The notes under the pieces are model-generated. The model searched no databases. It was not told the DNA's origin and saw nothing but the letters and a program-made list of their open reading frames with translations. The position numbers were made by a program, and so were the translations under genes. A stretch of 53,478 nt of DNA from Octopus bimaculoides (taxonomy: Eukaryota): contig NC_068992.1 of NCBI RefSeq assembly GCF_001194135.2, positions 64,297,943-64,351,420 on the forward strand, in the 5' to 3' direction. Within the stretch, counting starts at the first letter, position 1. Every line of letters starts with the position of its first letter. Positions 12,870 to 26,588 of this stretch are shown here, piece by piece.

Positions 12870-13524
12870 NNNNNNNNNNNNNNNNNNNNNNNNNNNNNNN
12901 NNNNNNNNNNNNNNNNNNNNNNNNNNNNNNNNNNNNNNNNNNNNNNNNNNNNNNNNNNNNNNNNNNNNNNNNNNNNNNNNNNNNNNNNNNNNNNNNNNNN
13001 NNNNNNNNNNNNNNNNNNNNNNNNNNNNNNNNNNNNNNNNNNNNNNNNNNNNNNNNNNNNNNNNNNNNNNNNNNNNNNNNNNNNNNNNNNNNNNNNNNNN
13101 NNNNNNNNNNNNNNNNNNNNNNNNNNNNNNNNNNNNNNNNNNNNNNNNNNNNNNNNNNNNNNNNNNNNNNNNNNNNNNNNNNNNNNNNNNNNNNNNNNNN
13201 NNNNNNNNNNNNNNNNNNNNNNNNNNNNNNNNNNNNNNNNNNNNNNNNNNNNNNNNNNNNNNNNNNNNNNNNNNNNNNNNNNNNNNNNNNNNNNNNNNNN
13301 NNNNNNNNNNNNNNNNNNNNNNNNNNNNNNNNNNNNNNNNNNNNNNNNNNNNNNNNNNNNNNNNNNNNNNNNNNNNNNNNNNNNNNNNNNNNNNNNNNNN
13401 NNNNNNNNNNNNNNNNNNNNNNNNNNNNNNNNNNNNNNNNNNNNNNNNNNNNNNNNNNNNNNNNNNNNNNNNNNNNNNNNNNNNNNNNNNNNNNNNNNNN
13501 NNNNNNNNNNNNNNNNNNNNNNNN
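12870..13524. other. Assembly gap (others: 14459-14660, 24074-24803, 27627-27674, 29352-29883, 34901-35024, 38402-38608)
   Basis: Runs of N; exons could be hidden in them. Confidence 1.
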
Positions 13525-14660
13525 CTTTTATTCTAAGTTGTAAATTTTGCCCAAGAAATAAAGCAAATAATCACCAAATGCATTGTTAAAAATCTGCAAC
13601 TCGATAGCAAATATCTCCAAATTGATTAGAAATGCATAAATTTAATAATAACAATGTTTTTGAGATTCTGGTTCGAATGACATGAGTGTTTTTGTTTCAC
13701 CTTTGACACGTAATACTTAAATAGTGGAGGAGATATGATGTTGCTCTGGGCTGGAAGTATGCAAGATGTTAACATTTTTTTTTTACTAAAACACAACCGG
13801 GACCCTAAGTAAGGCATGTGTAAAATTTGAATGAAATTGGTTGTGTAGTTCTGGAGTTTTAGGGATTCACACAGACACACACACACATACATTCTCAATT
13901 TTATATATGTATAAATTACCAGTAGGGTATATAATATACTTCATTAATTATATCGTACTTTAGTTAATACTTATATTTATTAACTATGAAGGAACTACAT
14001 GTGTTTCGGTATTGGAAGATTACAATATACATATACACAACTGTATACCCATATATATATACATACATATATAAATACATATATGAAATCATCAGATTTA
14101 CAATCATTCCAACACATCTTCAGGTTCTATTTCAAAATATTATATATCTAATTTTACATCCCTTTTAAAAATAAGCAATACAATTAAACATTAAAGATTA
14201 AAAATTAAGAATTAAAAATTAAGAATAAAAATTATACTTTGTAATATTAAGAATTAAAATTTATGTATTATACATATACATCTCTCTCTCTCTCTTTCTT
14301 TCTCTCTTTCTCTCTCTCTTTCTCTTTCTCTTTCTCTCCCTTTCTCTCTTTCTCTCTTTCTCTCTCTCTGAAAGTATCTGTCATTACAGTATCGAAATGT
14401 GATTGTTTCAGTTAGTAGAATAGTTTCATTTTTAAAGTGAAAGTATTTGACATGAGTGNNNNNNNNNNNNNNNNNNNNNNNNNNNNNNNNNNNNNNNNNN
14501 NNNNNNNNNNNNNNNNNNNNNNNNNNNNNNNNNNNNNNNNNNNNNNNNNNNNNNNNNNNNNNNNNNNNNNNNNNNNNNNNNNNNNNNNNNNNNNNNNNNN
14601 NNNNNNNNNNNNNNNNNNNNNNNNNNNNNNNNNNNNNNNNNNNNNNNNNNNNNNNNNNNN

Positions 14661-14713
<53 letters not shown>

Positions 14714-15289
14714 ATATAGATAGATATACATATACATAAATACATATATATATTCATTTGTCTTTTAATTCCTTATTTCCTTGCTAACTTTTGGCTGAGA
14801 CAAATATAGTATTGAGGCATTGTATTACACCCAGATACCCAGCTTGTCATTAACTCATACCTGTTTTTCAAGTAAGGGATCCCCTATTTCACATGTGTCT
14901 GAAGATATGAAGGAAGATGATGATTTGTTTAAAAGGGGAATGACAAATTGTAGCTTAACTATTTTCAATAAAGTGCAGCTGTAAAGAAACGCATGCATGC
15001 ACATACACACACACATGCACACACACATAGAAGGTGGGCTTCTCTCAGTTTTTGTCTATGAGATCCACTCCTGGCACAAAGCTTCAGCCAATCTGGGGCT
15101 ATATCAGGAGACTGAAGGTGCCACGCAAAGGGACTGAACCTGAAACCGTGTGGTAGAGAAGTGACCTTTTTCAGCACTCAACTTCTCCCCTCTCTCACCC
15201 ACCAGAAATTGGCTCACATCTCCTCCCGTTTTTTCCCCAATCTCTCACCCCATTACCTCAATATCATCATCACCATCATTGTTTTATCA

Positions 15290-15730
<441 letters not shown>

Positions 15731-15762
15731 TCATCTCTCTATCATTCACTCACCCTCTGTAT

Positions 15763-15995
15763 CCTGACTGGTGAGGACAGCAGAATCGTTAGCACGCAGG
15801 ATAAAATGCTTAGTGGTATTTCATCTGCTGTTACAGTCTGAGTTCAAATTCCGCCGAGGTCGACTTGGCCTTTCATTCTTTCGGGTTCGATTAAATAAGT
15901 AACAGTTATGCACTGGGATTGGTGTAATCGACTTAATCCCTTTGTCTGTCCTAGTTTGTCCCCTCTATGTTTAGCCCCTTGTAGGCAATAAAGAA
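15763..15995 (+). mobile_element. SINE family A
   Basis: cagaatcgttagcacgc...gagttcaaattccgccgaggtcgac...ccctctatgtttagccccttg; CpG-rich, apparently young. Confidence 0.8.
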
Positions 15996-16014
15996 ATATA
16001 TACCTTGATTGTAA

Positions 16015-16220
16015 AGACACATGGCTTAGCGGTTAGAGTATTCAACTCGCAATCGTAAGGTCATGATTTCAATTTCCAGCAACACTTTGTGTCCTTGAGC
16101 AAGATACTTGACTTCACATTGCTCCAGTCCACTTGTCTGGCAAAAATGAGGCTGTACCAGTAATTCAAAGGGCCAGCTTTGTCATAGTCTGTGTCATACT
16201 GAATCTCTCTGAGAACCATG
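16015..16220 (+). mobile_element. tRNA-derived SINE, family C
   Basis: atggcttagcggttagag A-box-like head; tgtgtccttgagcaagatact...gctccagtccac; related to 18654-18960, 26130-26280 and 33140-33360. Confidence 0.7.
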
Positions 16221-16518
16221 TTCTTGTTTGTGCCGTCTTTTCCACTTTCACTCTTTTTTCCCCACCAACCCTCTCTATATTTCATTGTCTAGTTGCATGT
16301 CTATTTGTCTCACTCACATCCTGTGTATCTCCCTCCTATATATATATATATATCTATCTAACTAATCTACCTCTTTTAGATAGATACTCCATCTCTCAGT
16401 GATAACCACAGATTTGTCTTTCTAGCATGACAAGAAATCAATCAACAAAAAAAAATTGATGCATGACATCGCATTTTATGCATGTATATATCTATGTCTG
16501 TATGTGTATATATGTATA

Positions 16519-16848
16519 TCATCATCATCGTTTAACGTCCGCCTTCTATGCTAACATGGACAGTTTCACAAAAGCTGGCCAGGCTGAAGTCTGCACCAGA
16601 CTTCTGTGACTGTTTTGGCAGGATTTTTACAGCTGGATGCCCTTCCTAACACCAACCACTCAGCAGAGTGGACTTAGTGCTTTTTTTGTGGCACAGCTGA
16701 TGAAGGCTGGAGGGTATATCAACTGAAACGTGTTAACAACAAACAAGATGACAAATATCCATCAAACGTAAATAATGTATTTATATTCACAGTCAAATCG
16801 TCCAACCCATGCTAGCATGGAAAGCGGACGTTAAACGATGATGATGAT
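16519..16848. mobile_element. Two RTE tails in inverted orientation around a hammerhead-like SINE fragment
   Basis: catcatcatcgtttaacgtccg at about 16519 and cggacgttaaacgatgatgatg at about 16825. Confidence 0.7.
16697..16780 (+). ncRNA. Hammerhead-ribozyme-like relic (fragment of the 50.2-kb SINE family)
   Basis: CTGATGA (16697-16703), AGGCTG-loop-CAACT, GAAAC (16725); damaged stem II, missing stem I 5' strand, altered cleavage triplet. Confidence 0.55.
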
Positions 16849-17639
16849 ACTTGAAATTATGAAGCTATGAGATATTGCAAGATTAATTCAATTTGATGTA
16901 AATAAATAAACTTTATATTTGACAAAGTAATCTGAATACTAAAGGGATATACATGTGTGCATATATAGGCATTTGTATACGATGGACTCTCCTGACAAAG
17001 ATGATGTATGAGTGTTCAACTTTTGCCGAACAACCTGCACAAAAGATTTTGCCTGAACAGTTGTACGGTTTGTCACACATCAGGTGTCGAAGTTATTGCA
17101 GAGTAATGTGAAATGACGTCTTTTGCTCAAGAACACAACACTACACCCAGTCTTGGAATTGAAACCATGATCTTGCTATGCATCCTCTCTCTCTATATAT
17201 GTTTGTGTGTGTGTATATATATATATATGATATAAAAGAATTTGATGAATCCAAAAAGACCCAGCATACTGAACCCTAGGCATTACAGGAATGAGTAGGA
17301 AAAGATCCACCAAGAATAACTTTGAGGCTGCTGAAGAGGTATCTTGGTAGCTCTGGGTAAAAACAAATGATCAGTGAAGTCACTAGATCAGGGCTGACCT
17401 TGGGCTAAACAGCAGCAACTTAATTTATTTAATATCCACCCAATCTGGTAAATCAGGAAATACTAGAATTAAGAAGCCCATGTTATTTTTCTGTCACAAT
17501 TTATTAATGAACCAGCACATGCCATTTTCTTTTATCTCAGCAAGTTGCTTTTTATACTTGTTTATTTTTATACTGTGTACTTCAGAAGTTCCTTCCCAAT
17601 CATATTGTTTCTGGGTCAGTTCTATTGTACTGCACCTTC

Positions 17640-17960
17640 AGCGAGTGTCTTTTGCTATAGCCTTGGGCTGATCAAAGCCTTGTGAGTAGACCTGGTAGAC
17701 AGAAACTGAAGGAAACTCATTGTGTGTGTTTCCTTGTCTTGTCATCATGTGAGGTAAACAAGTATCACTGTCAAAACAAACAGAATCTTCATTTTCAATA
17801 TTTTGCGAAATCATGTCGGGCAGTAAGGATATATTACATTTACTTGGAAACAGGTGAAGGTTGGCAGCAGGGAGGGCATCCAACCATTGAATATTTCCTT
17901 CAATAAACTCCATCTGATCCCTGTAAGCATGGAAAGGTGGACATTGAAGCGGAAAGGATA
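17640..17960 (+). mobile_element. Composite SINE (family B head remnant, body, RTE-like tail)
   Basis: ctatagccttgggctgatcaaagccttgtgag followed by cttggaaacaggtgaaggttggc...gggcatcc...agcatggaaaggtggacatt. Confidence 0.6.
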
Positions 17961-18653
17961 CACTTGGGGACACGGTGATTGATTCAGTCGATTATTCCAC
18001 AACTGAGAATGTAAAAATGCTAGAACAAATACCATATCACATTCTGTGACTGTAATCATTATCATTTAGCATCCACCTTTTCATGCTGGCACGGGTCGAA
18101 TGCAATTGGTTGAGGCAGATTTTCTACCACTGGTTGTTCTTCCTGATGTCAATACTCTTCCTGTAATGTCTCTGCCAGTTCATCTCTTATAGATTTTAAA
18201 AGATACCCAGGCTAATGCTTGCTTACACAGACAATTTTTGCTAGTTTCCTTGGGTTTCAGATCTTACCTCTCTCTCTCTCTTTCACTCTCTCTATATATA
18301 TGTATATGTATATTATAGAGATGTACTTGCATAGAAAGTGACTTGATCTGAGATTGTGTGCTGAAACGAAAACAATTGCAGCATGCAAGATGTTTGTAAG
18401 CCATTTAAAAACCATTAGTTTCACTTCAACATTTAAATTTAGTTTGTCAAAATATTTTTGTCACTTTGAAACTGTGATCTGTTCACTGACAAAACTTATA
18501 CACACATGCAGACATGTCTACACATATATGTAAATACTCACATACATACGTACATACACTCATACACACATATATGCATACATACATACATACATGCATA
18601 TATGCATGCATACGCATGTACACATATGCATACATACACACATACATAGGAGC

Positions 18654-18960
18654 ACTCCGTCGGTTACAATGACGAGGGTCCCAGCTGATACTATCAATGG
18701 AACAGCTTGCTTGTGAAATTAACGTGCAAGTGGCTGAACACTCCATAGACACGTGTACCCTAATGTAGTTCTCAGGGAGATTCAGCGTGACACAGAGTGT
18801 GACAAGGGTGGCCCTTTGAAATACAGGTACTATTAATTTTTGCCAGCTGAGTGGACTGGAGCAACATGAAATAAAGTGTCTTGCTGAAGGACACAACGTC
18901 GCCAGGAATTGAACTCATGACCTTACAATCATGAGCCGATTGCCCTAACCACTAAGCCAT
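18654..18960 (-). mobile_element. SINE family C, near full length
   Basis: ccctaaccactaagccat (head, reverse complement) and gagtggactggagcaac...aaagtgtcttgct; tail gagcactccgtcggttac. Confidence 0.75.
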
Positions 18961-19316
18961 GCATATGCATATATACACACATACATACATATCATGAACT
19001 AACTGTTACTTTGCATTGTTCTGGCTTTGCCCACGATCCTTTATACAATATATTCTACACAATGCTTCATAGTAATTATTCCTTATGTATATATATATAT
19101 AAAGAAATAAATAAACAGGCTTATTTCAGTTCCTATCTACCAAATCCAATCACTAGTAGCGATGAAATGTAATCAAATATAATCACAGAGGAGAGAGAGA
19201 GAGAAAGAGAAAGGAAACAAATAATGAAGATTACGGTGATATTTAGGAATCTAACAAAAGTTCTTATGTAAATTACAATGAAAAGCCTTTCTTTAAATAT
19301 AACTACTTTAAAACAG

Positions 19317-19350
19317 GTTCTGTTGTGTAAAAGAATCAAGTTGCTGTCAG
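19317..19350 (+). CDS. Weak candidate 34-nt exon (VLLCKRIKLLS or FCCVKESSCCQ)
   Basis: Strong donor CAG|gtaagt at 19351; mediocre acceptor ctttaaaacag; frame unresolved. Confidence 0.2.
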
Positions 19351-19660
19351 GTAAGTTTGTATCAAAAGGGTAAAACTGTCATGTTTGTCAGCAATGTTAC
19401 ATGTCCTATCCTTAAATTTTCTTATAAAACAGCCACATTTTAAACAAGATATATATTCATATATTTGTTATTGCTGTATCAGTGTGCAGCAGGATGTCCA
19501 TTAAAAACCTCCTTGAATAAGCAGAAATACTCTTCTCTTATTGAACTTTGTGTTTCTCTGTAATAGGAGTGTTCATCAAGCTACACTTGGTGATAATGCC
19601 AGGAAATTAGAAATAAGATTGTTATGTAGTGTTTGTGCAGTTCTTCAGAGCTTGTTGTTG

Positions 19661-19830
19661 TTTAATCCTTTAGTATTCAAACTGACCATATCTGGCTTAA
19701 ATATTCTATTTGTTTTATGTTCAAACCAACCAGATCCAGCCTCTTGTACCTACCCTACAATGTCCTCCTAAAAATAAGCTATCACATTATGAAAATCTCA
19801 AAGCTACAAAATAATGCATGATTAATTCAA
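19661..19830. mobile_element. Truncated piggyBac-like MITE
   Basis: ttaatcctttagtattcaaactgaccatatctggc, homologous to 26589-26816. Confidence 0.55.
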
Positions 19831-19839
19831 AATATTGTT

Positions 19840-19990
19840 TTCAAATTTTGGCACAAGGCCAGCAATTTGAGGGGAGGGGTAAAGTCAGTTAAATCAGCTG
19901 CAGTATTCAACTGGTACTTATGTTATCAATTCTGAAAGGACAGAAGGCAAAGTTGAACCCATTGGAATTTGAACCCAGAACATAAAATGA
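19840..19990 (-). mobile_element. SINE family A
   Basis: aaattttggcacaaggccagcaattt...ctggtactt...ggaatttgaacccagaac. Confidence 0.65.
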
Positions 19991-20629
19991 CTAAATGAAA
20001 ATAATGTGAATGTATAAGGATTACATTTGACCCACGAGAAAAAGGCATTCCAAATATGACCACTGCAGACAATACTGGCACACAGTAGATGGTCTTAATG
20101 ATTGTTATTGTTAGTGAGTAGCTCTGGCTAATTTTTAAATTAGGCTGATGACAACCAATTGGTTGATTGACTTGTGACACAGGAGCAGCTGATTGAATGA
20201 TAGATGAGAGCACAGGAGAGATGGATTGATTAAATGATTGGTAGTAGAGAAGTAGTGATAGGCTGATTGATAAATGGATCAGAGGTAATCGATTGGTTGA
20301 TCATTGTCATATACATCCATCCACTCATCCATCTGTCTTATGCTGCAGTCACATTTGACACTACAGGAGATCATCTTGAAATGGTTGGTTTAGCATAATA
20401 ATTAAATTATGTTTTGTCAACCATTTACTCCATCCTGGTGTTTGTAACACAACATTATATACCTTCCACCCATCTTATTGATTGTTTCACTGGTTTGGAA
20501 ACGAGCGAACTCCCACAGCAAAACAATAATTTATTGGTGCATCAACAATGTTTTGGTTCAGTGCTATTTTTGTTCTATATAAATTTTGTGTAGATTTTTA
20601 GCCAATACCGTACAGGCACTGGTGTGGCC

Positions 20630-20750
20630 ATAGACACTGACATAGCTGTGTGGTTAAGAAGTTTGCTTTCTGACTATTGGTTCTGGGTTCAGTCTCATTG
20701 TGTTGAAATTTGGGCAAGTGTCTTCTTGAGTGCATTTGGTAGAGAATATG
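20630..20750 (+). mobile_element. Family B SINE head
   Basis: tagctgtgtggttaagaagtttgct...ctgggttcagtctc...ttgggcaagtgtcttct. Confidence 0.6.
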
Positions 20751-21529
20751 CCTCAACATGTTCCATCTGACCCTCCCTTCCCTCCACCAAGTTGATATTG
20801 TGTTCACCTCAACCCCCCTCCATCTCTAATCATCTCTCACACTCTTTCCACACTTCCCTACCCACCCCACCCATCCACCTCTTCTGTTCTTTTATCCCTA
20901 TTCTCTCTCAGTTTCATCTTGTACCTTGAGCCTTATGTCCTCATCATCATCATCATCATCCTCTCTCCCCCTCACTCTCTTTCCAGTCAGGGAAGCCTCC
21001 ACTACACTCCGTAAGTAGTTGGCATTAGGAAGGACGTCCAGCATGTAGAAACCATTGCCAGAGTAGACAATGTAACTTGGCACTGCTCTCTGGTTTGTTG
21101 GTTCCTGTCAAATTAAATTATCTGCCAGGAATACATTATATATGTAAACCAGGCAATCCAGTTTACTTAAAACCCTTACTTAGAGTGGGTTTATAAGCTA
21201 TGTTTCTGTGGATGGTTAAAGAGTGTAATCAGAAGTTTGAAACTAGACTAGTTGATCCCTCTTTGTATGTCCACAAAGATACAGTATATCAATACAGTGT
21301 TTACATTTGTGTCTGTGTATATACATACAGCTTTGGATAAACACTCTGCAGATATATTCAGTAGTGCAGTATAACATTAATACAGTTTCGAAACATATGT
21401 CTATTGCTATACTGGAAAGGTTTAGGGTTAAGCACTATCAATTCCATTCCATTTGTTAAGCTGTTTTTGTTCACAAAACTCTAACATCTTGAATCATTAT
21501 CTTTTTAAATAATGATTATGATGATAATC

Positions 21530-21990
21530 CTTTCTACTACAGGTGCATGGCCTTAAATTTTTTTTTTTGGGCGGGGAGATAGTCGATTACATCGTCAGCA
21601 GTGATTGGCTGGTATTTATTTAATCATCCCTAAAAGGATGAAAGGCAAAGTTAACCTTCATAGGATTTGAATTCAGTGCATAAAGAGCCACTGTGCATAA
21701 AGAGCCACTGTGCATTTTATCCAATGCACCAATGATCCTGCCAGTTCGCTGCTTTAATAATAATAATAATAATAATAATAATGGTTTCAAATTTTGGCTC
21801 AGGGGCAGGAGTTTTGGGGAAGGGTTAAGTCAATTAAATCAACCCCAGTGCTTTGCTGGTATTTATTTTATTGACCTTAAAAGCATGAAAGGCAAAGTTG
21901 AACTCAGAGGCATGGTCAACCTTGGCAGAATTTGGACTTGGAATGTAAAGACGGATGAAATGCCACTGACCATTTTTCGCAGTGTGCTTA
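21530..21990 (-). mobile_element. Two degenerate tandem family A SINEs separated by (AAT)n
   Basis: aaaggatgaaaggcaaagtt and ctggtattt motifs occur twice; includes a 17-bp local duplication gtgcataaagagccact at 21676. Confidence 0.6.
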
Positions 21991-22479
21991 TGGGGGGGGG
22001 GCTGCCAGTTTGCTACCTTAATGATAATAATAGAGACTCTCTTGGTCAACCCATCCACTCATGTATGTGCAAGCCTAGGCACGATGTTTTTTTAGGACGA
22101 CTGGCATGAATATCTCCACCTCACCAATGATGTTTATCTAAAGGAAAGGTCACCAATTTGACCTGATACAGCTCAATATGAGCGTTGTTGTTGCAGGTTT
22201 TGCTGACAGTATTCAAAGAGTTGCATTTAGATGCAACAAGAAACCTGGCCTGATTCTTTAACAGTTCTATTGAGTCACCACCCTTGTTTGGTAATTTTTC
22301 TTTTAACGACCTCCAAAAGAATGAAAGGCAAAGTTAACCGTGGCGTTTTGAACTCATAGTGCAGCAAGTCAAAACAAATTTTACAACCCCTGTGAATTTC
22401 TTTCATCTTAAACTGCCCTCACTTTTCCTGCAAATATTGACTAAACAGCAATATGAATGTATGACTTGCCAAGTCACTG

Positions 22480-22740
22480 CCTTTCCTCCTCTTTGACTCC
22501 ACCTTCTCTCCTCCTTCGACTTTTCTCTGACTCCGCCTTCTCCTCTTTGACCACCACCACCTCTTCAACCACTACCACCTCCTCTTCAACTCCCTTCTCT
22601 GATTGTTACTCCTCGTCTTCCCTTTTTAACCCTTTCTCCCCTTCTAACTCCTTCCCTTCAGCCTCTTCTCCTCTACAGCCCCTCCTTCACTTCAGCCCCT
22701 CCTCTGCTTCAGCCCCACCTCCACTTCAGCCCCTCCTCTT
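22480..22740. repeat. Pyrimidine-rich low-complexity tract with cttcagcccc(t/a)cc repeats
   Basis: Strong C/T skew; three to four cttcagcc units at 22655-22735. Confidence 0.7.
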
Positions 22741-24031
22741 TGATCTTAAAGTTGAAAAAATCTTTTAAGGTGGCTTTATTGTTCATTTCATTTACACCAG
22801 AGTTTCTCAGCAGTTTTTTGCCTTTAATTCTTATTTTACCTGGATGGTCCCTCATAGCCATCCAATGTTTAAAAAAATCATATGTTTCTATAATTAGATA
22901 TTATTAGGAATTGTATAAAAAGAAAATTATTAAAATATTTTGTGTATTGTAGAAATATTAACCAATTTATTGCAATTAAATTTTAACTACAAAATCTTAA
23001 GTTGATCACCAAGGGCCATCTCGACCTTGGTTCAGAACCACTGATTTACACTATGATGGTGGGTTTTTTTTTTAATACTTTGACTATAATTTTTTTACTA
23101 CCATACAAATGCAGCATTGGGATGTACCCCAGTTTATGGTATTCCAAGGTGCAAAATTTTTTTTCCCACATGAGTCCCCGACCCCAGTAATGAACTCATT
23201 TGCATACAGCCAATCAGAGCTCACCTTGACCTTGTTATTAACAAAAATACTCTACCAAATAAACTCAAGATTAAGAATGGTGTTGTAAGCCGACTGATTG
23301 CCAAGTTATGCCTGATTTTAGGAAGAGACAAGTAATTAGATAGATTTGCATCTATACCTATTAGGATTTTGTTAGGGACCCATATCGTAAAGATGTGGAT
23401 AGGGAAATTGTGGGTAGAGGGTGATGTACTAGCAACCCTCTTCCCTTACTGTTTTAGAAAGTAAACTACAACACAAATAACTATGTAGAGGCAGCCATGG
23501 TTGAAACAAAAACAAGAACAACAAGCATTATTAAAAGAAAAAAGAAGCATGGTCATTCCTTACACAGGTGACCTTATCTTATCTCCCATCACGTGTTATG
23601 TGCTCATAAGTTAGTTTCATAGTTGAGCTCTGAAACAGCCACATACTCGGTATGTAATGCCATGTAATTGACAATGGTCACATATATACATCTTAAAGTA
23701 TACAGTATTAAAGATCCGTTACAACCAATCTGACCAATCAGCTTTTGGAGATGGCAGATAAGGAAAATATATACACTGATTAATATACTCACACCATTGA
23801 CAAATAATTAAGTGCCAATTTATCCTGAGTCATGGGTTCTTAGAAGACTATATATATATATATATATAACTGGAACACAACTATTAATTTACAATATAAA
23901 ATGGTGATGAAATATAACCTCAGACCCTGCCACTAGAATATGCGGAGTTCTTTACTAATATAAACAATATCGTTAGCCTGGTGTGCTAAAAGAGAGCATA
24001 TAAAGTATTATGACCAGACTTATAATCACTC

Positions 24032-24073
<42 letters not shown>

Positions 24074-25043
24074 NNNNNNNNNNNNNNNNNNNNNNNNNNN
24101 NNNNNNNNNNNNNNNNNNNNNNNNNNNNNNNNNNNNNNNNNNNNNNNNNNNNNNNNNNNNNNNNNNNNNNNNNNNNNNNNNNNNNNNNNNNNNNNNNNNN
24201 NNNNNNNNNNNNNNNNNNNNNNNNNNNNNNNNNNNNNNNNNNNNNNNNNNNNNNNNNNNNNNNNNNNNNNNNNNNNNNNNNNNNNNNNNNNNNNNNNNNN
24301 NNNNNNNNNNNNNNNNNNNNNNNNNNNNNNNNNNNNNNNNNNNNNNNNNNNNNNNNNNNNNNNNNNNNNNNNNNNNNNNNNNNNNNNNNNNNNNNNNNNN
24401 NNNNNNNNNNNNNNNNNNNNNNNNNNNNNNNNNNNNNNNNNNNNNNNNNNNNNNNNNNNNNNNNNNNNNNNNNNNNNNNNNNNNNNNNNNNNNNNNNNNN
24501 NNNNNNNNNNNNNNNNNNNNNNNNNNNNNNNNNNNNNNNNNNNNNNNNNNNNNNNNNNNNNNNNNNNNNNNNNNNNNNNNNNNNNNNNNNNNNNNNNNNN
24601 NNNNNNNNNNNNNNNNNNNNNNNNNNNNNNNNNNNNNNNNNNNNNNNNNNNNNNNNNNNNNNNNNNNNNNNNNNNNNNNNNNNNNNNNNNNNNNNNNNNN
24701 NNNNNNNNNNNNNNNNNNNNNNNNNNNNNNNNNNNNNNNNNNNNNNNNNNNNNNNNNNNNNNNNNNNNNNNNNNNNNNNNNNNNNNNNNNNNNNNNNNNN
24801 NNNNTGTGTTGGGTTTATTTCTTAGATTTAAACTCTTCAAGGCAGTGGCCTGACATAGAACAAATAAAAGATGTGTGTGTATTTATGAAAGTTCTTAAAA
24901 AAAATTCTTGAAACAGTCACAATATTTGGAGAAAGATTCTCTTGAATTATCATTCTTTCCAAAATATTTCTGTCATTCTGCTTTTTTTTGAAGATATTTT
25001 TTTTTAAATAATTGATAATTTTTCATACAGAAAAAAAATCTTT

Positions 25044-25079
<36 letters not shown>

Positions 25080-25867
25080 ATATACGTGTGTGTGTATGTG
25101 TGTATACACATATATACATACAAACACACACACACATATGTATGTATGTATATATATTATTGAAGCTGAAAAGACTTCACAAACTGTTACTTAGAGCTTC
25201 ACCCATACATACACATACACGTGTGTCTATGTACATGTATATATGTGTGTGTGCATTTGTGTATTTGTGTGTGTGTGTAGTCAAGAACAATGTCGTTATT
25301 TTTGTTGTTGTCCTCATTTATATTATATTCAGAAAATGTTACCTTATCAACAGGAAAAAAAAAAAAAAAAAACCCTAGAAAAAAGACAAACTGCAATGAG
25401 AGATAGAGAGAGTGTTTGATATGTATATTATTTCTATGAGAAATAACTGTGTAGAGTTAGGTGTAAAGCAGTTTCTCTATTAATTGTTTCGTGGTTTGTT
25501 TGTTTGTATGTTGGTTCGTTTATTTTGTTCTCTTCTCTGTAACCTGGCATTCAATTACTTATCCTGCTGACTTCTCCCTGCATACTGGTTTTCCATTGCT
25601 GTCTTTGTTTTTCTAGCCTGTCATGATGTTTCAACTGTGTATAATTGCTTCTAAGCCAACACATTTCATCAACTGTTCTGACTTCAACAACAACGCAACA
25701 ACCTAACAACAACAATGGTGGTAGCTGCAGTCTTTGCGCTTTCTTCTATTCTTAGTGCTTCTTTGTACTCAGACCAAAATGTCATCTTTTCATTACAAAC
25801 ACCTAACTTTCTCTCTCTTACTCTGCGGTTTCTATTTTTCTCTTTGTCTGTTCTTTTTGTGTTTTAT

Positions 25868-25906
<39 letters not shown>

Positions 25907-26588
25907 AAATGTCTTCTTTCTTTCATATTTCATTTCTTTCTTTCTTTCTTCTCAGCCTGCAGTTCTCTTCTTTCTCATGAACTTCTGCTTTCTGTCTTTT
26001 CTGTTGCGTCAGCTTTGGTCTGCTAATGTCTACTTATGTGTTGTCACCTTCTCCACTGAAATCCTCATTCTCTTTCTTTTTTCTTTTTGTCCCTGTAGAA
26101 ATATTCTGAGATGTCATGTGGCCCTGTCGAGAGTGTGTCACACTCATGATTGCAAGATCATAGTTTTCAATCCCAGCCCAAGCGGTGCATTGGGTTCTTG
26201 AGCAAAACCCTTCATTTCCTGTTGTTCCAGTCCACTCTGTAAATGAGTGACCTTGTGACAGACTGGCTTCCTATTAAGGGGAGTGTTGTGATCTTGGTCC
26301 CTTATACAACATGAAAATCACATAACTAGTCTTTATGTGCAGTTCTAGGACTCATAACAGTTATGTCCAGGAGTAGTTGATGTAGAATATCCTGGTTTGA
26401 AATGAGGGTAGAGGTAGCAAGTTATTATTTCTGCGATTTTCTTGTCTCACTGGTGTCCCAATTATTTATCAAGTACCCTCTGAGAGATCGGTAACTTTTT
26501 GATGTAATAATGTAGTTAGTTTGGAAACAACAGTGTTCTGTTTAAGATCTTACTGCACAGATATTTTCAAACAGTTAAAATTTCCATT

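Larger units (their letters stand above)
12517..13914 (-). mobile_element. Non-autonomous Helitron (interior spans an N gap)
   Basis: 3' end CCGGGTGAAACCGGG...CTAG followed by T (minus strand); helicase tail at 12757-12869; beyond the gap a typical 5' end (t)tatacatatataaaattgagaatgt(GT)n. Linkage across the gap is assumed. Confidence 0.75.

Noticed and set aside
22096-22148. Exon-like DDWHEYLHLTNDVYLKE
   Set aside because: Poor donor (gtcacc) and directly adjacent to repeat-derived sequence.
23458-23460. 3-nt microexon (ttttag|AAA|gtaaac); also a 10-nt candidate at 32372-32381
   Set aside because: Weak donor or frameshifting length; such patterns are frequent by chance in AT-rich introns.
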